From the human T2T-CHM13v2.0 reference genome, Homo sapiens: 64,000 nt of DNA. Below the pieces are notes generated by a model. That model saw only the letters and a list, made by a program, of their open reading frames with translations. It was not told the origin of the DNA and searched no databases. Of this stretch, positions 14,580-29,744 are shown in pieces. Location of the stretch: the NCBI RefSeq assembly GCF_009914755.1, contig NC_060927.1. The stretch is one strand, 5' to 3'. Made by a program: the position numbers and the translations under genes. How positions within the stretch are numbered: the stretch's first letter is position 1; the number at the start of each line of letters is the position of its first letter.

Positions 14580-14880
14580 CTGCTTACATAACATCTAATC
14601 ATTGAGGGCTTTCCTGACCATCCAATCTCAAGTAGCCTCTTCTCCTGACCCATGAATTCTGTGTCTGCTTACCAATAGGTAAGTCTTCATGGCACTTAAT
14701 GCACTCTGAAATTATCTTGCCAATTTACTTATTTGCCTGCTCCTTATCTCCTTTCCCTACTAAGACGCAAGCTCTGTGAAGGTAAGGATCCTGTCTTTTT
14801 CACGTCTGTATCCCCAACACTTACAGCAGCATGAAACACATACCAAGCATTCAATAAATTGTTTAATGCATAAATGAATA
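14580..14880 (+). mobile_element. L2 3' end
   Basis: gcaagctctgtgaaggtaaggatcctgtc...cattcaataaattgtttaatgcataaatgaa. Confidence 0.75.
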
Positions 14881-15281
14881 GGCTATAATCCATGTACTAC
14901 AGAAACCTTACCAATAAAATGCTTATGTTCTTCCCAGTTAGGCCAGCTTAGCAGTTTATTTAAAAGGGGATGAGAAAGAGAGAGCTGTTCAACGTGTGTG
15001 TGGCCATACACAGTGAATCTACTAACTGGTTAGTCTTTTGGGATTCAGTGTTACATCTACTATGCGCCAGTCACTGTACCCTACTATTAGCGATGCATAA
15101 ATCAGAAATCTTGGCCCAAAGGAGGACTACTGGTACATGAAGATTAAGATTCTACGATGACAGCTGCATTGGAAAACAGTATCATGAAAAGTGTTTTGGA
15201 GACGGGTGCACAACAATGTGAATGTACTTAACACTTCTCAACTGTACACTTAAACATGATCAATGATAAATTTTATCATTG

Positions 15282-15631
<350 letters not shown>

Positions 15632-15689
15632 TTATATGTATCTTACCACAATTAAGAAACAAAAATAAAAATAAAAAATACATTATAAA

Positions 15690-15870
15690 ACAAGCACAAC
15701 CTTTTATGTAAATTACTTACTTAATCCTCATAATCAGACAAGGTAAACAGTATGAATATTCCTATTTTAAAAATTCTGACCCAGTAAGGTTAATTAGCTT
15801 GATCAAGTTTATATAGCTACTTAGGAGCAGGGCTGCGACTAGAATTTAAAAATCTCCAACTCCTAAGATC
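15690..15870 (-). mobile_element. MIR
   Basis: ttaatcctcataatc...aggttaattagcttgatcaagtttatatagct. Confidence 0.6.
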
Positions 15871-16043
15871 ATGAGCACACAGATACACAAATAAGCAATA
15901 GCATCATGTTTTCAAACAGTCTGGTCTCTTCCCTGGCTCTGTCTGAATGACAGACTCTCCCATTGTTTCTTGTAAACAGGCAATTAATTGTACACACTAA
16001 TACACAGAAATGGCCCTTAAAATAAGGAAGAACAAGAGAAATC

Positions 16044-16306
16044 TTTTTTTTTTTTTTTTTTTTTTTTTGAGACAAGGTCTCAGTCTGTTTCCCAGGCCTG
16101 AGTGAAGGTGCAATCTCAGCTCACTGCACTCTTCACCTCCTGGACTCAAGTCATCCTCCCGCCTCAGCCTCCTGAGCAGCTGGGACTACAGGTTCATGCC
16201 ACCAAGTCCAGCTAATTTTTGTATTTTTTCTAAAGATGAGGTGTCACCGTCTTTGCCAGGCTGGTCTCAAATTCTTGGGCTCAAGCAATGCACCTGTCTC
16301 AGCCTC
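16044..16306 (-). mobile_element. AluJ, 5'-truncated
   Basis: poly(T) plus antisense Alu; TSD gaaatctt on both sides. Confidence 0.93.
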
Positions 16307-16469
16307 ATGGGAAATCTTGCACTGATGGGCTAAACTTATTCAAAAAGAAAAATCTTCCTTAAAATTAAAAATGAAGAGTAATAGCAATTGTTGGAAGTGT
16401 ACTGATTCAAGGGTATCCAGGTCAACTGACAGAAGAGAGAGGCCAGAAAGGAATCATAGTATACTGAAA

Positions 16470-17580
16470 AGCCGCTGTCTGATAAAAGTTGGCAAGGCAG
16501 ATTCTAGGAAGAAAGAGCTCTTCAACAAACAATGGCTAACTATTTAAGGAAAATATGTTACATTGTTTTCTCATCTCATGTCAAATATTAAAATTAATCA
16601 CATGCTTATTAATAAAATAAGAGCAGAAAATTGAGCCATATTATACACAGAAGAAACTTTTATCTGGATTAAAATAGATTTTAAGTATAAAGATCTTAAA
16701 ACAAAATGACAAAGGAAAAAATGAAACATAACGCCCCAGAAAATTAAAACTTTCAGCTCCCCAAAGCCATTATCAATAAAATGAAGTGAAAGAATAGGGA
16801 GAATATGTATTGAAAAAAGTATTAAAGACGAAGAGCTAACATCTTCAGACAGAGTGCTATTCAAATCAATATGGTACAAATCCTTTATTAGAAAACTAAA
16901 TTTAAAGCATGAGTAGTTCACAGAATAAGAAATATATGTGGTTAACTACCATATGATAAAATACTCAACTTCACTATATTCAATTAACTACGATTTTAAA
17001 TAATAAAACGGTAATTTTGTTGGAAAAATAGGCAGAGTATTTTCATTTATATTCAAGTCTTCAGAGGCCACAGGTATATGTCACTATAAGGGAAAATTGG
17101 CCTACATATCAAAATATTTATTCATAGCGTTCTGGCAACTTATGCCAATGTAATGATCAGAGACCCACACAAAGATTAGTTGTAAAACATTTGTCACAGT
17201 TTTATGTATAACCATAACAAAACTGTAAAAAACTAAATGAGAGAACAAATTCTGATACACAAAGGTGAATACTTGAAAGACATTAAGAAATCAGGTTTTC
17301 AATACTTCATAAAATGAAAAAGTATTGACATAGTAAAGTATAAAAAAGTAGAACACAAAATGTACAAACACGAATAGGTATTATGTGCATGTATAATACA
17401 TATATATTATAAATCTACAAAGACCTATCCATATATGCATATATGCATTTAGATAGGAATTTTTTAAAGCACTGGAAGGAAATTTACTCAAATGTTAATG
17501 ATGGTTATAGATGAGAAGTTGAATTAATGTTAACTCTTCTCTTTATTTCTCTCCATTTTTCAAATATTCTTTAATAAATT
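16470..17580 (+). mobile_element. Ancient L1M (L1MC/ME-like) ORF2 end and 3' UTR
   Basis: A-rich decayed L1 motifs: ctcttcaacaaa, aaaattaaaactttc, aatactcaacttcacta, ctggaaggaaatttactcaaatgttaa. Confidence 0.7.
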
Positions 17581-17589
17581 GGAAGTGTA

Positions 17590-17950
17590 TTAGAAAACAT
17601 CCAATGATGTCATGAACACTCATTCCCTAGACATATTAAATCTGTTAGCGTTAACTATAGACTAGTGTACTATGCTAAGGTGTTATGACAAAGAAAAAGA
17701 AGCAGTAGACAGATACAAAGACATTCCTGACATTAGGAGAACTTCTGGAGAAAGAGACACATGTTGGTACAAAGGCTGTAATGTAAGTAAAGTAGAAATA
17801 TAAACAAAAAAAGCATGAGAATTATATTGTAGTTGAAAGCCAGAAAGGCTTCCTGGAAAAGGTGGTGTGTAACTTTTATATGAAAAAGCTGGAGCCCCAT
17901 CTCATGGAACAGTGGCACAAAGTATTCTCGATAGCGGGCATCACCATTTG
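17590..17950 (-). mobile_element. L2 fragment
   Basis: tactatgctaaggtgtt...gccagaaaggcttcctggaaaaggtggtg antisense L2. Confidence 0.55.
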
Positions 17951-19486
17951 AACTCGATCCTCAGCCTTCAATAAAAATCATAAAGCCCATCTTCAGAGCC
18001 CCTCTTTTCTTGCTTCTCCATAAATTATGTACTTTCCTCTTTTCTCACCTCCTTGAGATACTGTTTACCTAGGAATGAGACAATTCATTTTTTACAGCCC
18101 ATCATGAACAATTCTGAAAAAGAATCCCCTCATTCATTACAAGACAGTATGAATTAAAGCTCAAGAATGAACTCTTCCTGGCATTTCTAATTAAATATGT
18201 AGTCTACCTATCCTCTAATGGTGAAATAAAAAGTAGCCCCAATATTAAAGCAATTCCAAGGATCAAGCAAGCAGGTAAGGCAGATTGGCCAAGAAGGAAG
18301 AGCAAGGCACTGAGAAATCACACCGTGACGCAAATGACTTTCTCTGTTGATATGAAAATTTTTTCCTGCCATAGGTGATGTTGATATTCTAACAATTTTA
18401 AAACACAAAAAAATTAAGGGAGTAACAAAATTTCCCTTCTATTTTTTGAGTTATTTACCGCTAACAATCTCCCCTCTAGAAAAAGTTACGGAAATATTGT
18501 ACAAAATGCACCATGGGTTAAAAAAATGATTTAAATACAGGAAATAATTGTTATTAAATACATCTTCTAGGGAGATCCACTCTGTCCCAATCCTTAAATT
18601 AGAAAGTCAGCAAAAAGATGAACTGAATCCCTGATGTTAATTGTACAGGCTTACTGGATTAGAACTAGAGATAATTAATTGCTAAATTTTAATATGCATT
18701 GGACTAAATGGCTGATAAGATTTCCAGTAGTTGGCTTGAATTCCAGAAGGGAATGATTATTTCTTCCCCGGCCTGGGAGCCCTACAAGCCGAAGACATTT
18801 AAAATGTCTGTATTTGGAATGAAAGAAGTTGGGTAAATAGTAGAATAGGTTAGAGAATGGCAAAAACTTCTAGAAAGAAAATATGGAAGTTCAAATTGCC
18901 TTTTCCCATTTGAAATTTAGAATATAATACTGTATAGAAAAGAGGATTTAAATTTTTTTATTTTTATTACAGCTTCAGTGATTAGCATTCCTGTACTATA
19001 ATGTCAATATTAAATCCAGACAGACCCAAAGTCTATTACTTCCTATCTGAAAAAAAAAAAAAAAAAAAAAAAAAAGACACTGTTTATCACCTAGGTAATT
19101 ATATTTTTTATGTTCTTAAGAATTTAGGAGCTTGCTATGGTTAATTGGGAAAAATGTGAATTATGGTTAAGTCGTGCCTTTTTTTATTAAACTTGTAACA
19201 AAGCAAATGATGAAGAACCAACAACTTGCCAATGCTGAGGGTCCAGATGAACAGACGCGCAGAGAATGCAGATGAGCTGATTCCATTAAAAAGTTGGCTG
19301 CAAGGGTAGATGATGAAGGTTAAGAAGATGTAGGACTATAGAGGCCACCAGTGAAAAGGAAAAAAAAATCCCCTGCTTCCTCTGTACAACCTTCAGGATG
19401 TTCAAGGAGGAAGAAAGACCACCAACTGCAGGGTCAGTACCCAGATGCCTTAGGATATCCATGAGGCTGTCAGGCACCAGTGAAAA

Positions 19487-19650
19487 TCAGGTCTGGTTGT
19501 GCATCAGAATCACCTGTGGAGTTTGTTAAAAGATGGGATTCTGACCTCCATTCTTGCAAAATGCTGATGATCCAAGCGGTGAGTTTGAGACCAAGGATAT
19601 TATTTATCTTTTAACAAACCTCACAGTAATCGTGAATGTACAGCAAGGTG
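19487..19650. mobile_element. MER5-family (hAT-Charlie) fragment
   Basis: tgcatcagaatcacctgtggagtttgttaaaa...ttttaacaaacctc. Confidence 0.7.
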
Positions 19651-19670
19651 TTATAATGTATTTTGATATC

Positions 19671-19963
19671 TTATTTTTTAGAGACAGGGTCTTGTTCTGT
19701 TGCCCAGGCTGGAGTGCAGTAGTGCAATAATGTCTCACCGTAGCCTCCAGTTTCTGGGTTCAAGCGATCCTCCTGCTTCAGCCTCCTGAGTAGCTAAGAC
19801 CAGAGGTGCACACCACCATATCCAGCTCATTTTTAATTTTTTTTTTTTTTTTGTAGAGACAGGGTCTTTTCCAGGATGGTCTTGAACTCCTGGCCTCAAG
19901 GAATCCTCCTGCCTAAGCCTCCCAAAGCGCTGGGATTATACGTGTGAGCCACTGCACCCGGCC
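19671..19963 (-). mobile_element. AluJ
   Basis: Antisense dimeric Alu ending cacccggcc. Confidence 0.95.
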
Positions 19964-20285
19964 CTGTTTTAATTTTTTAAATTTAACTTTTAAAATTCAA
20001 ATATAGGTAGCGTTTTGGTAATCTCTTATTTTAATCTGAATGATGGAATATGTCAAGGGGTGACTGACAGTAGGGAGGCATAATACTGTCAGGAGCTTCC
20101 TACAGTGCTTTCTTCAATTACTTTAGAATCTTTGGTCTCCCCAGAGGTAAAGTGACTCGCCCAAGGTCACACAGTGAATTAACAAAAATAAGAAACGAAT
20201 GCTAATATTAGAAAGTACATACCTCCTATAATTACTTGCTTGGGCAATAAACTAGAAGTTAGTAAATATTAAGAACTTCAGGGTC

Positions 20286-20940
<655 letters not shown>

Positions 20941-21339
20941 TAATTTTAAGATGCCTATTTTATGTTTTTAACATAAATAAATGAAGATGCATCTTGTAAT
21001 TGATATGTTTAATATGGAAGCACTCATTTTTTCCAAAATATGAAATCAGTGGTGTACTTACAACTAACAGCATTATAAAATCCAGGATATATGGGAGGGG
21101 TATTGCATATTTATTGTTTCTTTGAAACAAGGTTTTCTATGAATTAATTTTGTCCCTGTATGGGTACTGTCATCGTGTCGGGTAAGGAAATCAAGACTCA
21201 CCTGTGCTAGAAACCTGGAAATAAACTGTTGGCATATACTTGCCTCCTATGGTCAGCATCTAACCACTCATTGAGTACTGGTGACTCAATTTCTACCTCT
21301 TCAGGCTTTTTTCCCTTCCCAGTTTTAAAACTTCAACCG

Positions 21340-21880
21340 TCCCTCCAGTGTAGCACTAATCAAATCTACCACAGAGCTGTCACATTTATCCTCATTAAAC
21401 ACATACTTGATTCCATGACTTCCTTTTTATAAAACTCTACTGGCTCCCCAGTGCTTTCAGAATCAAGCCCAAATACCATCAAATGGCATTTAGGGTCCTG
21501 TGAAATCTGTCCTTACCCTGCCTTTCTGGTATCACAGTCATCAGCTGCTTCTTCCCTGCTTAAAAAATCAGCCTAATCAACATTCCTGAAGCTTACGGCA
21601 CTGTTACCACATTTCTAATAGTTTAAACTTTCAAGGCCCAGCTTGAACATCACACCTTCCACCAACCTTTTCCAGTCCTCTCATTAAAATCAATTTCTCC
21701 CATCTCAGCATTCCCACAATATACAGCACAATGAGCATGTAGTCTTGCCTGATGTATGCCTGTCTGTCCACCCAACTGGACAGTAAACTCTCTGGCAGCA
21801 GAAACTGGGCCTTAATCATTTCAGTTTCCTCCACAGAGATCAGCACAGTGCCTGCACGTAGTAGTTATTTGCTAAGCATG
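21340..21880 (+). mobile_element. L2 fragment
   Basis: ctggctccccagtgctttcagaatcaagccc...cagcacagtgcctgcacgtagtag. Confidence 0.7.
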
Positions 21881-22876
21881 AAATCTTTAACAAAGCCAGA
21901 ATTGATTCTGAGGCAGGGTTAAAGATATTATAAATAAAACTTCACTGAACTGAAATTCATAGTCCCATGCAGGGCACCTGCATATTTTTATTAGGTTTCA
22001 CCATGGAAGGCATAATTTTAGGTATTATTATGCTGATGAAGCACAATCTTCCTGCTCCAACTTGGCCAAACCCAGGGAAGCAATTTCCTATTTGATTAAG
22101 AGTACGACAGCAGCGAGGACTGGAGTATAAAAATTTACTGTAGGGTTGAGAATGTAAGCTTAATTGTGGATCAAATGGGAAACATTCTAAACAGCATTTT
22201 TTAAAGGAAGTATTTGAACAGCCTATTTTAAAATATTCAATATCATCTTCAGCAATAGGCAAGTTTTGGAAACTAGCAAGTTTCAAGACAGGTACTCACT
22301 CATTCTCTCTTCTGCAGGATCCTAAAGATGGTCCTGGGGACTATCAGTTACTTAAATGTCTCAGGTTATTAATTCTTACTTTAATTATATCTCAGCTAAG
22401 TGATTTTTTTTTTCCACCATTTGCTCACATAGCAGCGAACAACTTTACACTGTTATCAGTCTTCACATAGCAGTTCCCAAATTTTGCCTTTAGGTTTATA
22501 TCATGTGCAATGAGTTTTAAAAGGCTTTCTCCACAAAATCATAAGAGAGCCTTAAGAGTTTCATTCTCTGCCTGACCTCCTGAAACCCTCAAAAGATAAT
22601 TAAAGAATCATGAAATCTTCTTGTGATTTCATTTAAAAAACTTTTTTTAAATCATTGATCATGTCTTCATTCTACTAAACCATTTAAGAAGTGGGCAATT
22701 TAAACTACCCCTATAATGGTTCACTAGCCTCAGCAATCAAGGCTGTAAGAAGACAGAAGCCTATGTCCAACATTATTATTAGTAGTAATTATCTGTTACA
22801 TATTAATGCTACTAAAGTAAAATGTGATCTATATATAATCGATAATATGACTATAATAATGTATATAACAATCCAA

Positions 22877-23305
<429 letters not shown>

Positions 23306-25522
23306 TAGCCCTGTGCCTAATGTCACAGTGCCATCCCTTGGTCCCACTCCAACAACTATGTATGAAATAAACCTGTGATCCTATCAGTCATATCCCTTCT
23401 CCAAGCCTCCCTTTCTGAAACTCTATGCCTCTAATTCTATGAGACATTTCACAATGTTGTATCTACAGTCAACTAAGAAATAATATATTTGGGTTTATTT
23501 CACTCTTTGCTCAAACCAAGGATAATTTATCAGGCCTGCTAAGTATAATCTGCTTTCCTAAGTATTGTGAGAAATATGAAACAGACTACACTTGCAAATC
23601 TTAAATTGTGATAGAAGAAATGAGAGAATGCACAAAAGTTTTCTTTTCTTCAGAAGAGAAATTGCAACTAAAAAAAAACGCCTAGAGATAATAAAAGAGA
23701 CGTTAGAAAGCAACACACAACTGTCAACTCAAATGTACTGCTAATTACTCTAGAAAGAAGTGTTCAGCATTCTAATAAAAACATTATATTAGTATAATGT
23801 TTGTCATTAACAAAGAGTTGCTTACAACCACATCAACAGATAAGATCCTATGATACGTGTTGTCTGGGGCAAAGCAGGGAATTGTGGGAAATGTAAAACA
23901 AATTTGTGTTGAATCCCGGCCCTCAGGGAACATTTGAGTTCATGAAATAAAACTAGGAATCAGAAAGACTGGGCAAGATTTGTTTTGCTAGGAATTCAGG
24001 ATACATGAATCCATGAGGAAACATGAACGTCTTGGAACTCGAACAGGAGGTGGTGGTAAAAATCTAGGAGTTAGGTAAACAGTGTCTAGCCACAAGAACA
24101 GAGGAGGGGTTTAAACCTCTAAGAGATCATTTTATGGGAAAAAGCAGCCCCTCCTGAAAACATTCAATTCAGGACACGAAGGACAGATAGACACTCAGAG
24201 CCTCAGAGAAAAAAGTATCTGGTGAAATCTCTTCTAGAAACTTTGGCTGGGGAGAGTTTGGAATGTTGACTTAAAGACCCACAGTGAAGTCTAGAAAAAG
24301 ATAGAGGCAGCTTGTTACAATTTACACCAACAGGAAACCATTTAGAAGGGAAGAATAAATGTTAGTTAAACTTTAAAGATTAAATTACAAATTTACTCAA
24401 GTGATTTTAACTTTTACTGCACAAGTAGCAATTTTAAGTCATAAGGGATCTGAAATGTTTCCAGAGTTTTAAAATGGACTGTTTTACACAAGTGAAAAAA
24501 AGATTTTGGCTTCTAGTGCTGAGCACAGAGCAATCCTATGCCTTGTAATGGGCTGGTATAATTGTGCAGTTTCATTAAAATAATTTTATTACTGACTTCC
24601 TAGTTTTCTGTTAATTATCATTTCAGAGTAAGAAAAACTATTACTTTTAAAGCCTATATTAAAGTAGGCTTAAGCAAGCACGGAAAAGAAAGCCAGTGAG
24701 AGAAAATATAAAAAGAAGCTATTAATATTAACAGTTACAGTTGGACACTTGTTCATTTCATAAATCTTTGCAGTATTAGCAAGATTGATGAGAAGTAGTA
24801 CAAATGAGAAGCACATGAGATAAGCGATCATTTGTTATCATTACTGAAATATAAAGTATGATTCAGTGTTTCATAATGGATGTTAAACTTGATTTAACAT
24901 ATGGTTGGCTCATTTGCTGAAAACTATCCTTAAAGACATAAACTCATTCTAAAGTCAAAGACATTGTCTTAATAACAGTCTCTGAATTATCTTTCTATAA
25001 GAGACTGAGTAACCTCAATAAATACAAACTTAGGGAGAAGTTGTGAAAAGGCTGTTCCTTAAGGAGAAAAAAAGCAAATGTGTTATATACTCTGATTCAT
25101 TAAACATATTATAGAGAATTCTAAAATATCGTTGAAAGAGTAAAGAATTAATGTGTTTTAATACCAACACAGAGTCTTTTGAATTGATTTTCAAATGATG
25201 AGTAGAGAAACCCAATCACTGCTGTCAGTGCTTCAGCAGCTACCTAAGAAATCCTCCTTTGTCAACTTCATTTCTCTAATCATGAGAGAACGCCAGTGCC
25301 CACTTTAAGTTTAGTGGATTAAGCAGACCACTGCAAGTGCTGCTAAAATAATTTATAATCTATCATTATACTTCAGTAGTGATAGTATACTACTGAATGA
25401 GAATACACTGGATTCTCATTCAACCTGGAATGAGACACTTAAAAATATTTGTTACATGAGTATATTCCTATCCACGACTTAGTTTTGTCTGAATTCTCAG
25501 TTCCATTAACAGAAATGCACTA

Positions 25523-25639
<117 letters not shown>

Positions 25640-25644
<5 letters not shown>

Positions 25645-25789
25645 TACAAAGTCTCACTCTGTTGCCCAGACTGGAGTGCAGTGGCATGATCATGGCTCAT
25701 TGTAGCTTTGAACTCCTGGGTTCAAGTGATCCTCCTGCCTCACCCTCCTAAAGCACTGGGATTACAGGCATGAACCACTGCACCTGGCC
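25640..25789 (-). mobile_element. Monomeric Alu (FRAM-like or left/right-arm recombinant)
   Basis: Left-arm-type 5' end (GCCTGTAATCCCAGTGCTTTAGG) joined to a right-arm 3' end, about 150 bp. Confidence 0.85.
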
Positions 25790-26759
25790 TACATTTTTTT
25801 TAAAACAACAATTTATGTACCTCCTAGAGACACCAGACCAGTTTGAAGACTAGCCGTCTTCAACAGTCCCTGTAGCAATTATGCTCAGAAAGGCTTATTT
25901 CTTGAGCTAGCAAGTATCTGCCCTAAAACCAGGTTCATTAATAAAATGTCTATCTTTCAAAAAAAAATACTTGAATCTTCTGTTTTCCCTGATGTTTGTG
26001 TCTTTCTTCATCCTTGGATACCTATTCTTATAACACAGCCCATGCTCATCTGAAATAAGTGACTTCAAGTCAGCTCCATTATCCTGCATCCTGCCTGCAA
26101 AAATGATCTAGATATGGGGAGTAGTGCTTCCCCTTGTTCTATACACTATATCAATATAAGTTGTTAGACTGCATCTTCTTTAATCAAAGTGTCATCTAAT
26201 TCACATTTAGCCATCAGAAGCATGTCTACCAAAGAGCAATGCAGCCAAATAAGCTTTATGCACCCATCCTTAGGTTATACTCCTTAGCTAATGTTACTCT
26301 TATTTGGCATTGATTTGATTTATTGACAACAAAAATACCCATGTTTGACACCAACTAGCCTTGATGTGCCACTATTACTGACTCTCTCGACTTTGCTCCC
26401 CCAATTTGTAAAATGAGAAGTCCAAGCTTTCAGTGATTCATGAAAGCAGAGTCCACTGTCAGCCTGGCCACACAACTAGCCCCTGAGGATCTTGCTAGGG
26501 GTCAAAACCCACATATTAGATCTGATGGGGCCCTCCAAATTCTCTATTTTAGTAAGTTCCCAAATGCTTCTCACGCATGTCTCTTACAGAATAGATATAG
26601 CTGAAACAATCTACAATATTATATACTGAACTCATTCAACCATTAGCTCAAAGGAAATGCATGCTAAACCAGCTGCACAATCCACTCTGTGGAGAAATCC
26701 AGCAGCCACTCCAAGAAGCTGACCTCCAAAGGTCATGGAGCAAGATGGAGATGAAGAGC

Positions 26760-26915
26760 CAGCCAGGGTCTAGAGTTCCCACTTTGCTCTCTTACCAGCT
26801 GTACAACTTTGGACAAGTCTGTTAACCTCTCAGAGATTAGGATATCTTTTCTGTAAAATGGTGGTAATAAAGCCTACCTTAGAGGGAAATTGTGCAAATT
26901 AATTTTTAAAATACA
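26760..26915 (+). mobile_element. MIR
   Basis: ttaccagctgtacaactttggacaagtctgttaacctctc...ctgtaaaatggtggtaataa. Confidence 0.8.
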
Positions 26916-26921
26916 CATGTA

Positions 26922-27203
26922 GGCCAGGCGTAGTGGCTTACGCCTGTAATTCCAGCACTTTGGGAGGCTGAGGCGGTCGGATCGCCTGAGGTCAGGAGTT
27001 TGAGACCAGCCTGGCCAACATGGTGAAACCCCATCTCTACTAAAAATACAGAAATAAGCCAGGTGTGGTGGTGCATGCCTGTAATCCCAGCTACTCAGCA
27101 GGCTGAGGCAGGAGCATCACTTGAACCCGGGAGGCGGAGGTTGCAGTGAGCCAAGATCATGCCATTGCGACAGAACAAGACACTGTCTCAAAAAAAAAAA
27201 AAA
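26922..27203 (+). mobile_element. AluSx-like with a ~14-bp right-arm deletion
   Basis: gccattgc|gacagaac lacks actccagcctgggc; poly(A) is followed by a TA/TG low-complexity tract to ~27300. Confidence 0.95.
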
Positions 27204-27497
27204 GTGTATATATACATATGTGTGTATGTGTTTGTGTATATATATGTGTGTGCGTGTGTACATATATATATGTACACACACACGTATGTATATGTAATGT
27301 ACTTACAAAATGGGAGGAGTAGAGACACTCGGGAGGACTGCATTTGGCTTTATTCATTGTTCCTTCTGGTATAGCAGCTAACACACAGTGAGTACACTAA
27401 AAAAACAATGCTTTGAAGAAACAATCTAATCCAACTACCCATGACACGTGTTATTCATTCAGAACAGTTTATTGAGAGGCCTCTTTGTGTGAAACAC

Positions 27498-27976
27498 TGT
27501 GACAGTCCATTTGCTCCTTCAAATCTCTTCCTCCCCTTCTTTCTCTGTTCTGTGCTGCAGAAGGCTGATCTATGTGGACTACACTGACAGGCCCCTTGGT
27601 GTTCTGGCTTCTCCTGCAAGTTGGCCAGTGAGGGCTTCATAAGGATACCAAATGAGAGGAAAAACAAGAACTTGGTCTGATCTAGCAGAAAGATCAGACC
27701 AAGGCCCCAATCACAGAGATCTCCTGTTTCTCCCAAAGTACTCTGTTTTCCCAAACATCTCTCCTACTGTGTTGCAGTACCACTCCCTCACCTTATCCCT
27801 TTGGGCTTGAGTCTTTAAAACTCCACTGCTTACCATCCCCAGGTTCCTGTACTAACCTTGTGGTTCCTCTAAACCCCACCAGTGCCTCTCTATATCGTCC
27901 CTTTATAAAGAAGTTCTCTGGAGCGCAGCCTCAGTTGAGTGTACCCTCTCTTCCAGTTGGAAGTCTGATATAAACA
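27498..27976 (+). mobile_element. LTR33A/B-like ERVL solo LTR
   Basis: ctgtgctgcagaaggctgatctatgtggactacac...ttctggcttctcctgcaagttggccagtgaggg; TG...CA ends. Confidence 0.65.
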
Positions 27977-29160
27977 ATGTGTTTGAAGTTAGGGAATACA
28001 GTAACAAACAAACAAGTCATGATCTCTCATGGAATTCTAACTACTACCACTGTCATAACAAACAGCTACCGTTTATTGGACACATATCCCATACAAGCTC
28101 TATAGAAGTTGTATACCTGAGGTTGCTATCATCATCTCTGTTTTTCAAATCAAAAAACCAAACCTTGGAAATATAAAACCCACATGAGTATCAACCAACA
28201 GAATTTGATTCACAACAGAACTCAGATTCAAGCCAGAGTCAACCCAATCCACAGCACACGCTCATAAATGCTGAAGTATTACCACATTTACCTCAACAAT
28301 GTCCCTGCCAAATGGATCTTCAATGTGAGTCATAAGAAATTTTCCCCAATCCTTCTCCCCATGCCAGATCTGGGGATTTTCAGAAAGCCTAGTGTGAAAA
28401 TTCAGGAGACCTGAAATGTGCCCTCTTATCATATCTACTCACCAACTGGCTTGTGAGTTTCCTCCTCTTTGAGCTAATACCTGCAGGGAGGTGCGCGCTT
28501 CCGTAACTAGTGGCCTTTGTTCTAACCACCATCTCTGCCATTTTTCCTGTGAAATTTCAAGATAAATGCAGGCAAGCAAGGGAGAGAGCCCTTGGACACT
28601 CTTCTCTAGTATTCTAGGACTTTTCAGGCCTGCCTGGTGAGATCAGGTACCTTATCACTAGCTTCTACTTGTGCAATCTCCCAATTACACAAGCGATCCC
28701 ATCTAGATTTACAAGTGGCCATCCTCTCTGACCCACAGGCCAGAGAACTCAGCCCACGCAATGTTTTTAAAATAGACCCCAACCCAGGGGAGGCTGACAG
28801 GCACACAGCTGCACCAACTTTATTAATGAGTACCCAGACCTTTAGATAATTGATTTCCACTTTGATCCCAGCCTACGCATTTCTATCTCTGATATCTAAA
28901 TAGCAAATCATGTTATCTTACAATTAAGTGATAATCTTCATGGCAGAAAAGTTGACAGGTCTATAAATGGCTTCTGCAAGTGATTAAAATAACTTCCTCC
29001 CCCTTTCCACCCAGCCCTGGAAATGTTCTACAACTTCACAAGGCTATTACTTGTTAATAAACTCCCCATGATATGAACCTCATTCATATTCAACAAGTTT
29101 ACATACTAAGTTACTCTCCAGAAATGATATACATCTTATTTTTTATGCTTAAATAAGAAC

Positions 29161-29518
<358 letters not shown>

Positions 29519-29744
29519 TAGCCTTAGTAAGTTACACAAAGTCAGCAAAACCTTTGACTTTAATATTCAAGTAATATTAAGATTGTTAAATTTTGCATGT
29601 ATATGCATGGATATGAAGTATATACAAGTGCAGAGTAACTTGAAGATCAGTGTTGAAACAACATTGAGTATTTAATATGAAATGAGAATAAATGACTAAA
29701 AGAAGATAAGTTTTACTTCAATAAGTGAATTGAATATTGAACCC

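Noticed and set aside
25907-26100. Minus-strand exon-like segment (MQDNGADLKSLISDEHGLCYKN)
   Set aside because: Weak donor (AG|GTATCC) and short pyrimidine tract; peptide not recognised
28478-28500. CTCF-like cctgcagggaggtgcgc
   Set aside because: Too many mismatches to the CTCF core
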